A stretch of 64,000 nt of DNA from an uncultured Phycisphaerales bacterium (GTDB taxonomy: Bacteria > Planctomycetota > Phycisphaerae > Phycisphaerales > SM1A02): positions 32,001 through 96,000 of the forward strand of contig CALKEP010000022.1 in the NCBI GenBank assembly GCA_938084645.1, in the 5' to 3' direction. The stretch's first letter is position 1; each line of letters begins with the position of its first letter. Both the position numbers and the translations under genes were made by a program. The notes under the pieces were generated by a model. It worked only from the letters and a program-made list of their open reading frames with translations, was not told the origin of the DNA and did no database searches. Positions 49,635 to 60,354 of the stretch are shown in pieces.

Positions 49635-52600
49635 ATGTCTTCGAGATCCTTCCTTCGGCCCCTGTTTGAAGGCTCCGCCCGGCTCGGCCGGCTCGGTTCC
49701 GTGATCCTGTTTCTGGCCCTGATCGGCCTGGGAACTCGCGAATCGGCTCTTGCGATGAGCGGGGCCGGCGAGGGCAACGTCGACCTTCCCCGGTTTCCGA
49801 GCATCAGCCCGGATGGGAAGACCGTCGTCTTCAGTTGGCGAGGCGATCTCTGGAGCGTCCCGTTCGAGGGCGGTGCCGCGACGAGGCTCACCAGTCATCC
49901 AGGCCGTGACCATGATTCGGCGTGGACGCCGGACGGTTCCACGATCGTCTTCGAAAGCGATCGCGACGGAACCACGAATCTCTGGGCGATGGCTCCGGAC
50001 GGGACCGGCATCCGCCGCTTGACGGATCTCGACTCCTCCGTCGCGCTCGGAGGCGTCGGTCGAAACGCCGACGGAGACATCGTGGTCGGGCTCACGGGCT
50101 ATCTCGAAGGTGATGCGTATCGTTCGCCTCGTCCCTACGAGGTCGGCATCGAAGGTGGCGAACCACAGCGACTCCACGACGCGTTCGGCGGATTGAACGT
50201 CCGTAGTCCCGACGGTCGTCGCGCCGCATTCGAACGAGGCGGGGCGAGATGGGAGCGTCGGCACTATCGAGGCGACGATCGTCGCGACGTCTGGCTCTAC
50301 GACATCGAATCCGAGTCGTTCCTTCCGCTCGCGGATTGGGAAGGCAACGACGGGAAGCCTCGCTGGGCGGGCAATGACGACGTCCTGTTTCTTTCGGATC
50401 GCGAGAATCGAACGCACAACGTGTACCAGCGGTCGCTCGTCGACGGTTCGATCGCACCGATCACCGACTTCGAGGAGATCGACGTCGCCGGCTTCGACGT
50501 CACGCCCGACGGCCGACGGCTCGTGCTCCACCGCTGGGATTCCCTGTACACCATGGATCTCGATGATCCGAACGCCGTGCCCCGACCGATGCTCGTGACC
50601 GCGCCCGAGGATGCGCTCGACGCCGCGAGGAATCTCGACATCTCGCCCCAGGTCACGGAGGCGGCGCTCAACCCGGATGGGAAGTCGATCGCGGTGATCG
50701 CCTACGGCGAGGTCGTGGTCCGCGGGACCGCCGATGATTCGACCTCGCGACGGATCACCACCACCCACGGGCGTGAACGCGACCTTGCCTGGAGTCCCGA
50801 CGGGACGACGCTCTACTTCACGGCCGTCGTCGGTGGGAAGTCGTCGATCATGGCGGCGACCGTCGCGACGACTCGAACCGAGATCCGTGACCAGTACACG
50901 GAGCGAACCTCGCCGCCGGAGGATCCCGAAGAGACGGAATCCGAGGCGGCGGAGACGACGGATTCACCCGCCGAAGAGCCGGCGGAGCCGGCCGCAGCGG
51001 CAGGCCCCGCGGACGACGCGGAAGCCACCGGTGACGCCGATGCCGATGCCTCCGAGGAATCCACGGCGTCCGAGGACGATGATCAGTCCGCGGAGGAGAC
51101 GGAAGTCGCCGAGGAGGACGCCGAGGAGGACGCCGACGATCCGATGCTCGATCCCGCGCGGTGGGCCGATGCCGTGACCTTCGACGTCGCGCCCTTCGTC
51201 GCCACCGAGTTCCAGGATCATCGGCCGAACCCCTCGCCGGACGGCATGCGACTGGGGTTCATCCGTGGTCTGGGTGACATCATGATTCTCGATCTCGCCA
51301 CCGGCGAAGAGATGCTCCTGCGGGCGGGCTGGGATCGGGGCGTCGAGTTCGAGTGGAGTCTCGATTCCAACTGGATCGTCTTCGACCAGGCGGACATGAA
51401 TTTCAATCAGGACGTCTTCGTCGTGCCGAGCGACGGTTCCGCGCCGCCGGTGAATATCTCGAGGCATCCCGACAATGATGGTGGTGCCCGATTCTCCGCC
51501 GACGCCCGGGTGCTCGCGTTCTCCAGCGAGCGCGACGGCGAGGAGGAGGACATCTGGTACGTCTTCCTCGATCGCCGGCTCGAGAAGATGGCGGATCCGG
51601 AGTTGAAGGCGTACTTCGAGGAGGCCGAGAAGGCCGCGAAGAAGCGGAAACCCCTCGACCCCAACGAGGTGCGTCGTCAGCTTGCCGCCGCCGGCGAAGA
51701 AGAAGTGGACGCGGACGCCGACGCGGGCGCCGACGCCGACGCCGACGCGGATGCGGATGCGGTGGTGACGCCCTTCACGCAGGAAGATCTTCAGACCGCG
51801 TACCGGCGACTTCGGAAGATCAGTCGACTTCCCGGTTCCGAACGTCGACTCGCGATGCTCCCTTCCGGCGAGCGCATTCTGTTCGGCAATCGGATCTCGG
51901 CGCCAGGTGTTTCCGGCCTCTATTCGGTGAAGTGGAACGGCAGCGGTCGCAAGCGGATCGGCGAGAGCGTCTCGATGATGGGACTCTCGCTGGACGGAAG
52001 CCAGCTCGTCGCCGTCGGTGGCGGTACCGCCAAGACGATCGACACCGGCAGCGGAAAGGCCAAGAACTATCCGATCTCGATGCGGATTCGCATCGATCGG
52101 GAGCAGGAGTCGAGCGAGAAGTTCCTCGAGGCCGCCTCGATCATGGGGGCGATCTTCTACGACCCGGAGATGAAGGGGCTCGACTGGCCGGCGCTGACCG
52201 AGCGGTATCACGAGCTGGCGGCCCGGACCCGGACCGCCGACGAGTTCAACTGGGTCGCGAACCGGCTGCTGGGTGAACTCAGCGCGTCCCACATGGGGAT
52301 GCGGGCACCGGCGAAGAGCATGCCGTTGTCCCAGTCGATCGGTCGACTGGGCGTCGGCCTCGAACCGGTGACCGATGGCTATCGGGTCACCTCCGTGCTC
52401 GAGGGCGGTCCGGCCGAGGCATCGGACATGCCGCTGCTCGTGGGCGACGTGATCACCGGCATCGATCTCGAGCCGCTCGACCTGGACGCCACCCCGCCCG
52501 ACACGGTGGGTGGGCGACTGCGGGGCCGTCTCGGCAAGGAAGTGGTGGTCACCGTGCGACGTGAGGCCGCGACCGATGCGGAGGACGGCCCGGCCGAGCC

Positions 52601-53303
52601 GCTCGAGCTGGACCTGCTGCTGACGCCGATCTCCAACAGCGCCGCCCGCGGCCTCGTCTACGACGCGACCCAGCGTCGCCGGGCGGAACAGGTTCACGAA
52701 TGGTCCGACGGGCGACTCGGTTACGCCCATGTTCGAAGCATGGACCAGGCGTCGCTGGACGAATTCGAACGCGATCTCTTCGCCGCCACCGAGGGTCGCG
52801 AGGGACTGATCGTCGACGTGCGTGACAACGGCGGCGGTTGGACGACCGACCGCCTGCTCTCTTCGATCATGGCTCCGGCCCACGCCTACACCATCCCGCG
52901 GGGCGCCGACCGCTCGGTCGTCGACACGTACCCGCAGGATCGGCTCTTCATCCAGCGATATCTGATGCCGATGAACATGATCTGCAACGAGAAGAGCTAC
53001 TCGAACGCCGAGATCGTCTCCCATGCGTTCAAGAATCTCGATCGCGGCACCCTGGTCGGCCAGCGGACCAACGGAAGCGTGATCTCGACCGGTGGCACCT
53101 CGCTCATCGACGGGACGTCCTTGCGACTTCCCTTCCGTGGCTGGTATCTCCCGGACGGCGCCGACATGGAGAACAACGGCGCCATGCCCGACATCGTGAT
53201 CGAGCAGACGCCCGACGACGAGGTCGCCGAACACGATGCGCAGCTGCAGGCTGCGGTCGAGGATCTCATGCGTCGGCTCGACGACGAAGGTGCCGGGCCG
53301 TGA
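49635..53303 (+). CDS. Tricorn-like protease (S41 family; PD40 propellers, PDZ)
   Basis: RFPSISPDG, repeated WSPDG, GELSASH, IVDVRDNGGG, SYSNAE, GTLVG. Confidence 0.93.
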   Translation: MSSRSFLRPLFEGSARLGRLGSVILFLALIGLGTRESALAMSGAGEGNVDLPRFPSISPDGKTVVFSWRGDLWSVPFEGGAATRLTSHPGRDHDSAWTPDGSTIVFESDRDGTTNLWAMAPDGTGIRRLTDLDSSVALGGVGRNADGDIVVGLTGYLEGDAYRSPRPYEVGIEGGEPQRLHDAFGGLNVRSPDGRRAAFERGGARWERRHYRGDDRRDVWLYDIESESFLPLADWEGNDGKPRWAGNDDVLFLSDRENRTHNVYQRSLVDGSIAPITDFEEIDVAGFDVTPDGRRLVLHRWDSLYTMDLDDPNAVPRPMLVTAPEDALDAARNLDISPQVTEAALNPDGKSIAVIAYGEVVVRGTADDSTSRRITTTHGRERDLAWSPDGTTLYFTAVVGGKSSIMAATVATTRTEIRDQYTERTSPPEDPEETESEAAETTDSPAEEPAEPAAAAGPADDAEATGDADADASEESTASEDDDQSAEETEVAEEDAEEDADDPMLDPARWADAVTFDVAPFVATEFQDHRPNPSPDGMRLGFIRGLGDIMILDLATGEEMLLRAGWDRGVEFEWSLDSNWIVFDQADMNFNQDVFVVPSDGSAPPVNISRHPDNDGGARFSADARVLAFSSERDGEEEDIWYVFLDRRLEKMADPELKAYFEEAEKAAKKRKPLDPNEVRRQLAAAGEEEVDADADAGADADADADADAVVTPFTQEDLQTAYRRLRKISRLPGSERRLAMLPSGERILFGNRISAPGVSGLYSVKWNGSGRKRIGESVSMMGLSLDGSQLVAVGGGTAKTIDTGSGKAKNYPISMRIRIDREQESSEKFLEAASIMGAIFYDPEMKGLDWPALTERYHELAARTRTADEFNWVANRLLGELSASHMGMRAPAKSMPLSQSIGRLGVGLEPVTDGYRVTSVLEGGPAEASDMPLLVGDVITGIDLEPLDLDATPPDTVGGRLRGRLGKEVVVTVRREAATDAEDGPAEPLELDLLLTPISNSAARGLVYDATQRRRAEQVHEWSDGRLGYAHVRSMDQASLDEFERDLFAATEGREGLIVDVRDNGGGWTTDRLLSSIMAPAHAYTIPRGADRSVVDTYPQDRLFIQRYLMPMNMICNEKSYSNAEIVSHAFKNLDRGTLVGQRTNGSVISTGGTSLIDGTSLRLPFRGWYLPDGADMENNGAMPDIVIEQTPDDEVAEHDAQLQAAVEDLMRRLDDEGAGP
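51708..51761 (+). repeat. Nine in-frame GAYGCS-type hexamers encoding an (Asp-Ala)n linker
   Basis: gacgcg gacgcc gacgcg ggcgcc gacgcc gacgcc gacgcg gatgcg gatgcg. Confidence 0.85.
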
Positions 53304-53824
53304 CCCGGTCCCGCCTTCACGGTGGCGTCGTGGGGTCTTTCGTCGCCGCCTTGCTGGCGGGATGCGGCGGCACGGATCCGTCGCGAATGGAAGGGGAGAC
53401 GATCATGGAGCGTGACCAGGCCTCGGCGTCGCGGATGCTCGACGAGATGCGATGGCGGAATCGGATGCTGGTGGTCGCGTCCGACCGCGAGGACGAGCGC
53501 GTGGACCGCCAGCTGGTGGCCATCGCGACGCACTCGGCCGGCTGGTCGGATCGCGATCTCGTCACCATCGTGCTCCTTCCGGACCGGGGGTACGTCGCCC
53601 CGGATCCGAGCGGCGGCCTGGTGGACGCGGAGATCGTCTCTTCGGAGGCCGCCGCCTCGATGCGACGGCGGTTCGGAATGGCGGATGACGGATTCCAGGC
53701 GGCGCTCGTCGGCAAGGATGGCGGGGTGAAGGCGCGCTACGACGAGGTGGTGGCCCCGGAGACGATCTTCCCCTTCATCGACGCGATGCCGATGCGAATC
53801 GATGAGATGGAGCAGGAACGATGA
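53300..53824 (+). CDS. DUF4174-like lipoprotein
   Basis: GTG overlapping the tricorn stop; lipobox LAGC; WRNRMLVV, LVGKDGGVK, IDAMPMR. Confidence 0.85.
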   Translation: MTRSRLHGGVVGSFVAALLAGCGGTDPSRMEGETIMERDQASASRMLDEMRWRNRMLVVASDREDERVDRQLVAIATHSAGWSDRDLVTIVLLPDRGYVAPDPSGGLVDAEIVSSEAAASMRRRFGMADDGFQAALVGKDGGVKARYDEVVAPETIFPFIDAMPMRIDEMEQER

Positions 53825-55302
53825 AGCGCTCGACCCGATCGATCGGACCCTGCCATGCATTCGTCGCGGCGGGACTCGTCGGAGTCGCCACCCTCGCCAC
53901 TGGCGTGATGGCGGCACAGGACGGCGGGCCCGAGGCCGAAGCCGGCCCGCCGGACGTCCTCCTGATCCTGGTCGACGATCTCGGTTGTCGCGATCTCTCG
54001 GGGGAGGGTCATGCGTTCCACCGGACGCCGAATCTGGACCGCCTTCGGTCGGAGAGCGTTCGCTTCACGAACGCCTCCTGCAACGGCCCGAACTGTTCGC
54101 CGAGTCGTGCGGCGCTCGTGACGGGGCGGCATGGCAGTCGTACCGGCGTCCACACCGTCGGATCGCCGCGGCGTGGCAAGGACACGGACCGCCGCCTCGA
54201 GCCGCCCGCGAATCGATTCCGCATCGCGGAGACCGAGCGTTCGATCGCCGAGGCGCTGGCCGAGGCCGGCTACCGCACGGGATTCGTCGGCAAGTGGCAT
54301 GTGAGTGCCGATCCACGCACGCAGGGATTCGACGTCAACGCCGGTGGGAACAAGGCCGGTCATCCGAAGTCCTATTTTCCCCCGTATCGGAATCCGGATC
54401 TCGAGGACGGGCCCGAAGGCGAGTATCTCGTCGACCGGCTCGCACGGGAGACCATCGGAATCATCGATGGATTCGAAACCGCGGACGAGGATCGTCCGTG
54501 GTTCGTGATGTATGCGCCCTACGCGGTGCACACGCCGATCCAGGCTCCCGCGGCGGCGGTCGCCGAGTTCCGGACACGAAACCCCGGCGTTGATCTCCGG
54601 CAGGCTCGCTACGGCGTCATGGTGGAGGCCACGGACCGGGCCATCGGCTCGATTCTGGAACGGATCGACGGCGATGGGACGATCGTGTGCTTCGCGAGCG
54701 ACAACGGCGGGCTTCAGCCGGTGACCGACATGTCGCCCTGGCGCGGTGGGAAGGGCATGTTGTACGAAGGCGGCATCCGAACGCCGTTGTACGTTCGCGG
54801 TGCCGACTTCAAGCCCCGAGACGTCGAGACGCCCGTGCAGCTCTTCGATCTGCATCCCACCATCACCGAACTCGCCGGGGTCGGGGCGACCGAGGACGTG
54901 GTGATCGACGCGGTCTCGCTCGTGCCGTCCCTTCGTGGGGCGGAAATGGAGCGTGGGCCGATCTTCTGGCACTTCCCCGCCTATCTCGAAGGCCGGGATG
55001 CGGAGAGCAGAAACCCCGACGATCCGTTTCGCACGACGCCCTCCGGGGCGGTGCGCGACGGTCGCTGGAAGCTCGTGGAGTGGTTCGAGGACGGTGCGCT
55101 CGAGCTCTTCGATCTCGAAGCGGATCCCGGTGAACGCGTTGATCGTTCGGCGGATCAGCCGGAGATCCGTGACCGTCTGGCGTCGCTGCTCCGGGACTGG
55201 CGAGCCTCGATCTCGGCGCCCATGCCGCAGCCGATCTCGCCGCCGGGGTCGGGCGCAGCGACCGAGTCGATCGCACCACCGAACGCCGACCCCACGGATT
55301 GA
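53821..55302 (+). CDS. Formylglycine-dependent sulfatase
   Basis: LILVDDLG, CSPSRAALVTGR, GKWH, SDNGG, YEGGIRTP. Confidence 0.95.
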   Translation: MKRSTRSIGPCHAFVAAGLVGVATLATGVMAAQDGGPEAEAGPPDVLLILVDDLGCRDLSGEGHAFHRTPNLDRLRSESVRFTNASCNGPNCSPSRAALVTGRHGSRTGVHTVGSPRRGKDTDRRLEPPANRFRIAETERSIAEALAEAGYRTGFVGKWHVSADPRTQGFDVNAGGNKAGHPKSYFPPYRNPDLEDGPEGEYLVDRLARETIGIIDGFETADEDRPWFVMYAPYAVHTPIQAPAAAVAEFRTRNPGVDLRQARYGVMVEATDRAIGSILERIDGDGTIVCFASDNGGLQPVTDMSPWRGGKGMLYEGGIRTPLYVRGADFKPRDVETPVQLFDLHPTITELAGVGATEDVVIDAVSLVPSLRGAEMERGPIFWHFPAYLEGRDAESRNPDDPFRTTPSGAVRDGRWKLVEWFEDGALELFDLEADPGERVDRSADQPEIRDRLASLLRDWRASISAPMPQPISPPGSGAATESIAPPNADPTD

Positions 55303-55317
55303 CCGGCGACTCGGGGG

Positions 55318-55845
55318 TCACCAGTCGCCGGCGTATCCCACGTCGAACGTTCCACTGCGCACCGCGGTCAGTTCATGCAGCCGGCGAGCGATTTGTCGGA
55401 GATGGAGTGCGTCATGGGCGCACCAGGCGGCGAGCAGATCCCCAGCCCGAGGCGAGCCCAGTCGTGGATGGGCCAGGCGTGGATGCGTCGCTTCGATGGT
55501 GAAGTCCAGTTCCTCGATGGTTCTGAGCCACGCGACTTCGGTCCGTCTCACCGCGCGGAACTCGCGAAGGGCCGTCTCGAGGTTCCGGCCTCGGTAGTCC
55601 CGCTCGATCGCCGCGGCGCCCGGATCGATGACCGGCCAGTCCGCATCCGGCGCTTCGAGCGTCATGCGAAGCCTCGTGCCGAAGTCGTCGAGATCCTCGT
55701 CGACGAGGTGACAGACGATCTCGAGCATCGACCAGTCCCCGGGGCCGGGGCGCCATCGGGCGTCTTCGGGGGAGATCCCCGAAAGAAGGGCCACGATGCT
55801 CTGCGGAAACCGTTCGAGTCGATCGATCATCCAGGCGGCATTCAT
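55318..55845 (-). CDS. DinB family protein
   Basis: WSMLEIVCHLVD, HDALHLRQI. Confidence 0.9.
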   Translation of the reverse strand: MNAAWMIDRLERFPQSIVALLSGISPEDARWRPGPGDWSMLEIVCHLVDEDLDDFGTRLRMTLEAPDADWPVIDPGAAAIERDYRGRNLETALREFRAVRRTEVAWLRTIEELDFTIEATHPRLAHPRLGSPRAGDLLAAWCAHDALHLRQIARRLHELTAVRSGTFDVGYAGDW

Positions 55846-55928
55846 GACGCCATTGAACCACCACGTGGCCTCCGGCGTGATGATCGCCGAGGCGAAAGCC
55901 CCCTGCGATCCTTGAAAGCGGCTTGAAT

Positions 55929-56897
55929 TCAGGCGTCCGACGTCCCGGGGTCGGCGTGCGTCTCGAACTCGCCGTCATCATCGTCGGCGTCCGGCGGAGG
56001 CGGAACGACGGCGACCGCGACGTCGTCGAGCTCGGTCAGTCTGCGTCGAGCGGCGACCGCGACCGAGTCGTAGATGCTCGCGAGAAGTCCGACCAGCGGG
56101 AAACGTCCTTCGAGCGGCGCGTTGCCAAGACGTCGAAGCAGCGCGTGCGGGGCGTACTCCATTCGACGTTCGCGTCTGAACGTCTCGAGACCGGTGCCGG
56201 TGTTCCAGAACGTCTCGATCGCCTGTTCCATCGGGGGCAGGGCGCGGATCGCGGCCGCGGTGCCCGGGATGGGATGGGCGCGGCTCACACCACTGGTCGC
56301 GAGGAGCCTCGCTTCCTGGAGTCGTTCCAGGAATCTGGGGCCGAAGAGCCCGCGGAGCGTCAGGATCATCAGCGGATCGGAATCCATCCGCTCGGCGACG
56401 AGATAGAGGGTGGTGACCGCGTGTCGGCAATGCTCGATCCCGCATCCGCACTTCACGGTGACCTGTCCGGGTTCCGGGAGGAGGGAGAGTCCCGCCGCGG
56501 CGAACGGCTCCGCGATCTCCGCGGAGACGTCCCCGGAAACCAGCTTGGCCGTGTACTTGGCTTCCCGGGCCATCGAACTGACGATGCGATCCCAGTCCTC
56601 GCGCCCGATCGATTCGAGCTCGATCCGGACCTCGAAGGGACGGGCGGCGGAATCCTGCACCGTGGCGACGATCCGCGCCGGTTCGACGTTCAGCAGCACG
56701 GTCTGCCCGCGCCGGGCGAAGTCGAGGCCTTCCGACCTGGCGCTGTCCCCGTAGGGGGCGAGGAGTCGATCGAGCCACGCGCCGGCCGGCCAGCTGAAGG
56801 CCACTTCCTCGTCCTTGGTGCGCAGGCGAATGCCGTTGCGCACCTTCCGGGGCGTGTCGTCCTTCCGGCGGAATCCTTCGTCGCGACTGCTGATCAC
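55929..56897 (-). CDS. SWIM zinc finger protein (SNF2-associated)
   Basis: CGC..CRH, DPLMILTLRG; coupled to the SNF2 gene. Confidence 0.88.
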   Translation of the reverse strand: MISSRDEGFRRKDDTPRKVRNGIRLRTKDEEVAFSWPAGAWLDRLLAPYGDSARSEGLDFARRGQTVLLNVEPARIVATVQDSAARPFEVRIELESIGREDWDRIVSSMAREAKYTAKLVSGDVSAEIAEPFAAAGLSLLPEPGQVTVKCGCGIEHCRHAVTTLYLVAERMDSDPLMILTLRGLFGPRFLERLQEARLLATSGVSRAHPIPGTAAAIRALPPMEQAIETFWNTGTGLETFRRERRMEYAPHALLRRLGNAPLEGRFPLVGLLASIYDSVAVAARRRLTELDDVAVAVVPPPPDADDDDGEFETHADPGTSDA

Positions 56898-59800
56898 GCG
56901 TCATCCTCCTCGTCGACCGCGGTCTCGCGAAGCGCGAGAACGTCGCGAAGCTGGTTCGAACTGAGTTCGGTGAGCCACGACTCGCCGGCGCCGATGATTC
57001 GGCGGGCGAGGTCGGTCTTCTGCTCGATCATCTGGTCGATCCGCTCCTCGAGCGTGCCCGAGGTGATCATCTTGTGGACGTTCACGGTCCGGGTCTGTCC
57101 GATGCGGAAGGCCCGGTCGGTGGCCTGGTTCTCCACCGCGGGGTTCCACCAGCGATCGAAGTGGATGACGTGGTTCGCGCTCGTGAGGTTCACGCCGACG
57201 CCACCGGCCTTGAGCGAGAGGATGAAGATGGGCGCCGCTTCGCGGTTCTGGAATCGCTCGATCATCTGATCCCGACGTCCCTGCGGCGTGCCACCGTGCA
57301 GGAAGAGCGGTTCCATGTCGAACTCCTGGCGGAGGATCGTGGAGAGCAGATGGCCCATCTGTCGGAACTGCGTGAAGATCAGCGCCTGGTCCTCCGCGGC
57401 CATGACCTCTTCCAGGATCTCGACGAGCCGGATGCTCTTGCCGGATCGCTGGCTGAGGCGTTCGCCCTTCTTCGGCGCGAGATCCGTCTCCCGAAGGAAG
57501 TGGGCCGGATGGTTGCAGATCTGCTTCAGTCGCACGAGTCCGGAGAGGACCAGTCCGCGGCGACGGATTCCCGTCGCTTCGTCGACCTTGCGAAGCATGT
57601 CCTGGACGACGGTGTCGTAGAGCTTGGCCTGCTCGGTGGTGAGCTGGACGTGCTGGCGGTTCTCGACCAACGGAGGGAGATCGTCGGCCACGCCGTCGTC
57701 GGTCTTGAGGCGTCGAAGCACGAAGGGACCGACGAGATGCCGTAGCCGTTCCGCGCGGCGTTCGTCGCGGTGTCGTTCGATCGGAATCGCGAAGCGTCGC
57801 CGGAAGTCGCCCTGCGGACCGAGGAATCCCGGCAGGCAGAACTCCATGATCGACCAGAGTTCGGTCAGCCGGTTCTCGACCGGGGTACCGGTCAGGGCGA
57901 TGCGATGTCGACTCTGGATCGACCGGATCGCCGTCGCCTGCTTGGTCGGCGGGTTCTTCACGTGCTGGGCCTCGTCGAGCACCACGCGTTCCCAGTCGAT
58001 CAGTTCGATCCACGGGCGGTCGCGGCTCACCAGCGCGTAGGTGGTGACCACCACGTCGCATTCGGCGACCTTCTCGACGAAGCCGTCTCCCACCGGGCGA
58101 TCGGGACCGTGCTGGATGTGGACTCGCAGCTCGGGGGCGAATCGCTCGAGTTCACGTCGCCAGTTGCCGGCCACGGACATCGGGCAGACCAGGAGGGTCG
58201 GTCCGACCTGGCCGGGCCGGACCTCCCGCTCGTGCTGGAGCAGTGCGATCATCTGGATCGTCTTGCCGAGGCCCATGTCGTCGGCGAGGCAGCCGCCGAG
58301 GCCGAACCGATCGAGGAACGCGAGCCACGCGAGGCCGCGCTCCTGGTACGGCCGAAGCTTGCCGACGAAGTTCGCCGGGACCTTCACCGGTCGGGCGGAG
58401 TCGTCCGGGATCCCATCCTCGCCGAGCAGTTCCTTGATCCAGCCGTCGGTGCGGACGCCGGTGATCGGCGGCATCTCGCCGTCCTCTTCGCCCACCGACG
58501 CGAGTCGAAGCACTTCGCCGAGGGTGGCGGCGCCGCCGGGATGCTTGTCGAGGAAGACCTTGGCTCGTTCGAAGTCCTCGGATCGGATCTCGACCCAGCT
58601 GTCGCCGACGCGGACGAGCGGGACGCCGCTCTCGGCGAGTCGTCGCAGTTCCTCGAGACCGACGTTCTGGTCGCCGATCGAGATCTCCCACGAGTAGTCG
58701 ACGAGGCTCGACAGTCCCATCGCCGGCGGCTTGTCCGAGTCGCCGTGCGGTTCGATGATCATCCGCACGCCGATGCGGCTGGCGGTGCTTCCCCACCAGG
58801 ACGGCGAAAGCACCTCGATGCCCGCCTCCTGCAGGATCGGCCGAGCCTCCTGCAGAAAGGCGTGGGCCTCCGGGGTGGACAGGTCCATGCCGGCGGGGTT
58901 GGTGCCTTCGAGGGCCCGCTTGAGATTCGGCCAGATCCGTTCGGCGCGTCCGAGTTCGGCGAGCAGGAGGTCACCGGGGGTCTCTTCGGAGCCCACCACC
59001 GACGCGAGTCGGCCGCCGCCGCCGTCCGCCCAGATGTCCTCGGCGTCCACGATGATCGGCGGATCGTCGGTGACGAGCAGGTGGAAGCCCAGTGGCCACG
59101 TCGCCTTTTCGATGTCCTCCGGCGAGGCATCGAGCACGCCTTCGAGCGGCTCGGTCAACTGCAGGCAGAGTCGGACGGCGCGACCCTCCACGGGATCGAT
59201 CAGGCCGCCGAGCCAGAGTCGCATGCCGCGGCTCACGTCGACGTTGGTCTCCCGTGACGTCCCGGTGTTCCGATCGGGGCCGAGCAGGCCGCCGAGCATC
59301 GCCACCTGATGGTCCGCTTCGGGATCGCGATCCTCGATCGCTTCGAGGTAGTCCTCGCTCACGAGGGTCTGTCGTACCAGCGCGTCCACCATCGCCTCGA
59401 GCGAGGACTCGATCGCGGCCCATCGGTCGGAGGTCGCGAAGTCCGTGGTCGCGATCGCGACCGAAGGCATTCCGGTCGCGAGGTGGCGGAGAGGTTCGGC
59501 GAGTTCGCCGTCCGCGAGCCAGGGGACCCAGCGTCCCCGAAGGGGGCCGCCTTCCACCTGGATCACCGACGGAACGAAACGCTGGTCGACGAGAAGCTCG
59601 ATCGCGAAGGTGGCCACTTCGGACCAGAAGCGGATGTCGTGCCCGATCACCAGGTCGTCCGGGGCTCGTTCCACGATCCTCGGAAAGAGCTCCACGGCGG
59701 TGGTCGCATCGATTTCGAGGCAGGGCACGGCGGCTTGGGCGAGATGAAGATCCTCGGTGTCCGGCGTGTTGATCGCGAGCCTCGTGGCGAGGGCGAGTCC

Positions 59801-60091
59801 GGGCACCGGGGTCTCGGTCGTCTCGTTCCGATCGTGCGGAAGTCGGAGGATCACGTCATCGACCGGTTTCAGTCGGTCTTCACCGAGAATCCCGTCGAGC
59901 GCGAGGCGAAGTGTTTCATGGGATGCCGCGAACGGATGCTTCGCCACCGCCGCCTTGGCGGTCGCCACACCGCCATCGCCGTCGGGCGACGCGGTCGTCA
60001 CCGGCTCGACGGAAGGCGGGTCGGGATCTCGAAGCCGATCCCCCTGCTCTCCCCAGAGAAGCCAGGCGTCGCCTTTGATCACGCCATGCAA
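56894..60091 (-). CDS. SNF2-family helicase/ATPase
   Basis: LRPYQ, LADDMGLGKT, DEAQ, LTGTPVEN, SLKAGGVG, WWNPAVENQATDRAFRIGQ; start uncertain. Confidence 0.95.
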   Translation of the reverse strand: MHGVIKGDAWLLWGEQGDRLRDPDPPSVEPVTTASPDGDGGVATAKAAVAKHPFAASHETLRLALDGILGEDRLKPVDDVILRLPHDRNETTETPVPGLALATRLAINTPDTEDLHLAQAAVPCLEIDATTAVELFPRIVERAPDDLVIGHDIRFWSEVATFAIELLVDQRFVPSVIQVEGGPLRGRWVPWLADGELAEPLRHLATGMPSVAIATTDFATSDRWAAIESSLEAMVDALVRQTLVSEDYLEAIEDRDPEADHQVAMLGGLLGPDRNTGTSRETNVDVSRGMRLWLGGLIDPVEGRAVRLCLQLTEPLEGVLDASPEDIEKATWPLGFHLLVTDDPPIIVDAEDIWADGGGGRLASVVGSEETPGDLLLAELGRAERIWPNLKRALEGTNPAGMDLSTPEAHAFLQEARPILQEAGIEVLSPSWWGSTASRIGVRMIIEPHGDSDKPPAMGLSSLVDYSWEISIGDQNVGLEELRRLAESGVPLVRVGDSWVEIRSEDFERAKVFLDKHPGGAATLGEVLRLASVGEEDGEMPPITGVRTDGWIKELLGEDGIPDDSARPVKVPANFVGKLRPYQERGLAWLAFLDRFGLGGCLADDMGLGKTIQMIALLQHEREVRPGQVGPTLLVCPMSVAGNWRRELERFAPELRVHIQHGPDRPVGDGFVEKVAECDVVVTTYALVSRDRPWIELIDWERVVLDEAQHVKNPPTKQATAIRSIQSRHRIALTGTPVENRLTELWSIMEFCLPGFLGPQGDFRRRFAIPIERHRDERRAERLRHLVGPFVLRRLKTDDGVADDLPPLVENRQHVQLTTEQAKLYDTVVQDMLRKVDEATGIRRRGLVLSGLVRLKQICNHPAHFLRETDLAPKKGERLSQRSGKSIRLVEILEEVMAAEDQALIFTQFRQMGHLLSTILRQEFDMEPLFLHGGTPQGRRDQMIERFQNREAAPIFILSLKAGGVGVNLTSANHVIHFDRWWNPAVENQATDRAFRIGQTRTVNVHKMITSGTLEERIDQMIEQKTDLARRIIGAGESWLTELSSNQLRDVLALRETAVDEEDDA

Positions 60092-60281
60092 GACGATCGT
60101 CGGGGTTCCGGAAATGACTGGCGACCTCCATGTCGCGACGGTGTGCCGCGCGTCGAGTCTGAAACGCGATGTCGATCACGCTTCCGACGTCCCACGAATC
60201 TCGATCGGCGTCCGTTTCCGACGGCTCCGATCAACTGTCCATCCGGTCACCGTGCATCGCGGGCAGGCACGAGACTCGGAG

Positions 60282-60354
60282 TGATTCCGCTGGGGCTCGA
60301 ACCCAGGACCTGGCGATTAAAAGTCGCATGCTCTACCAACTGAGCTACGGAATC
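60282..60354 (-). tRNA. tRNA-Lys(TTT), CCA not encoded
   Basis: GATTCCG acceptor stem, TAGCTCAGTTGGTAGAGC D-arm, CTTTTAA anticodon loop, GGTTCGAGCC T-arm. Confidence 0.97.
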
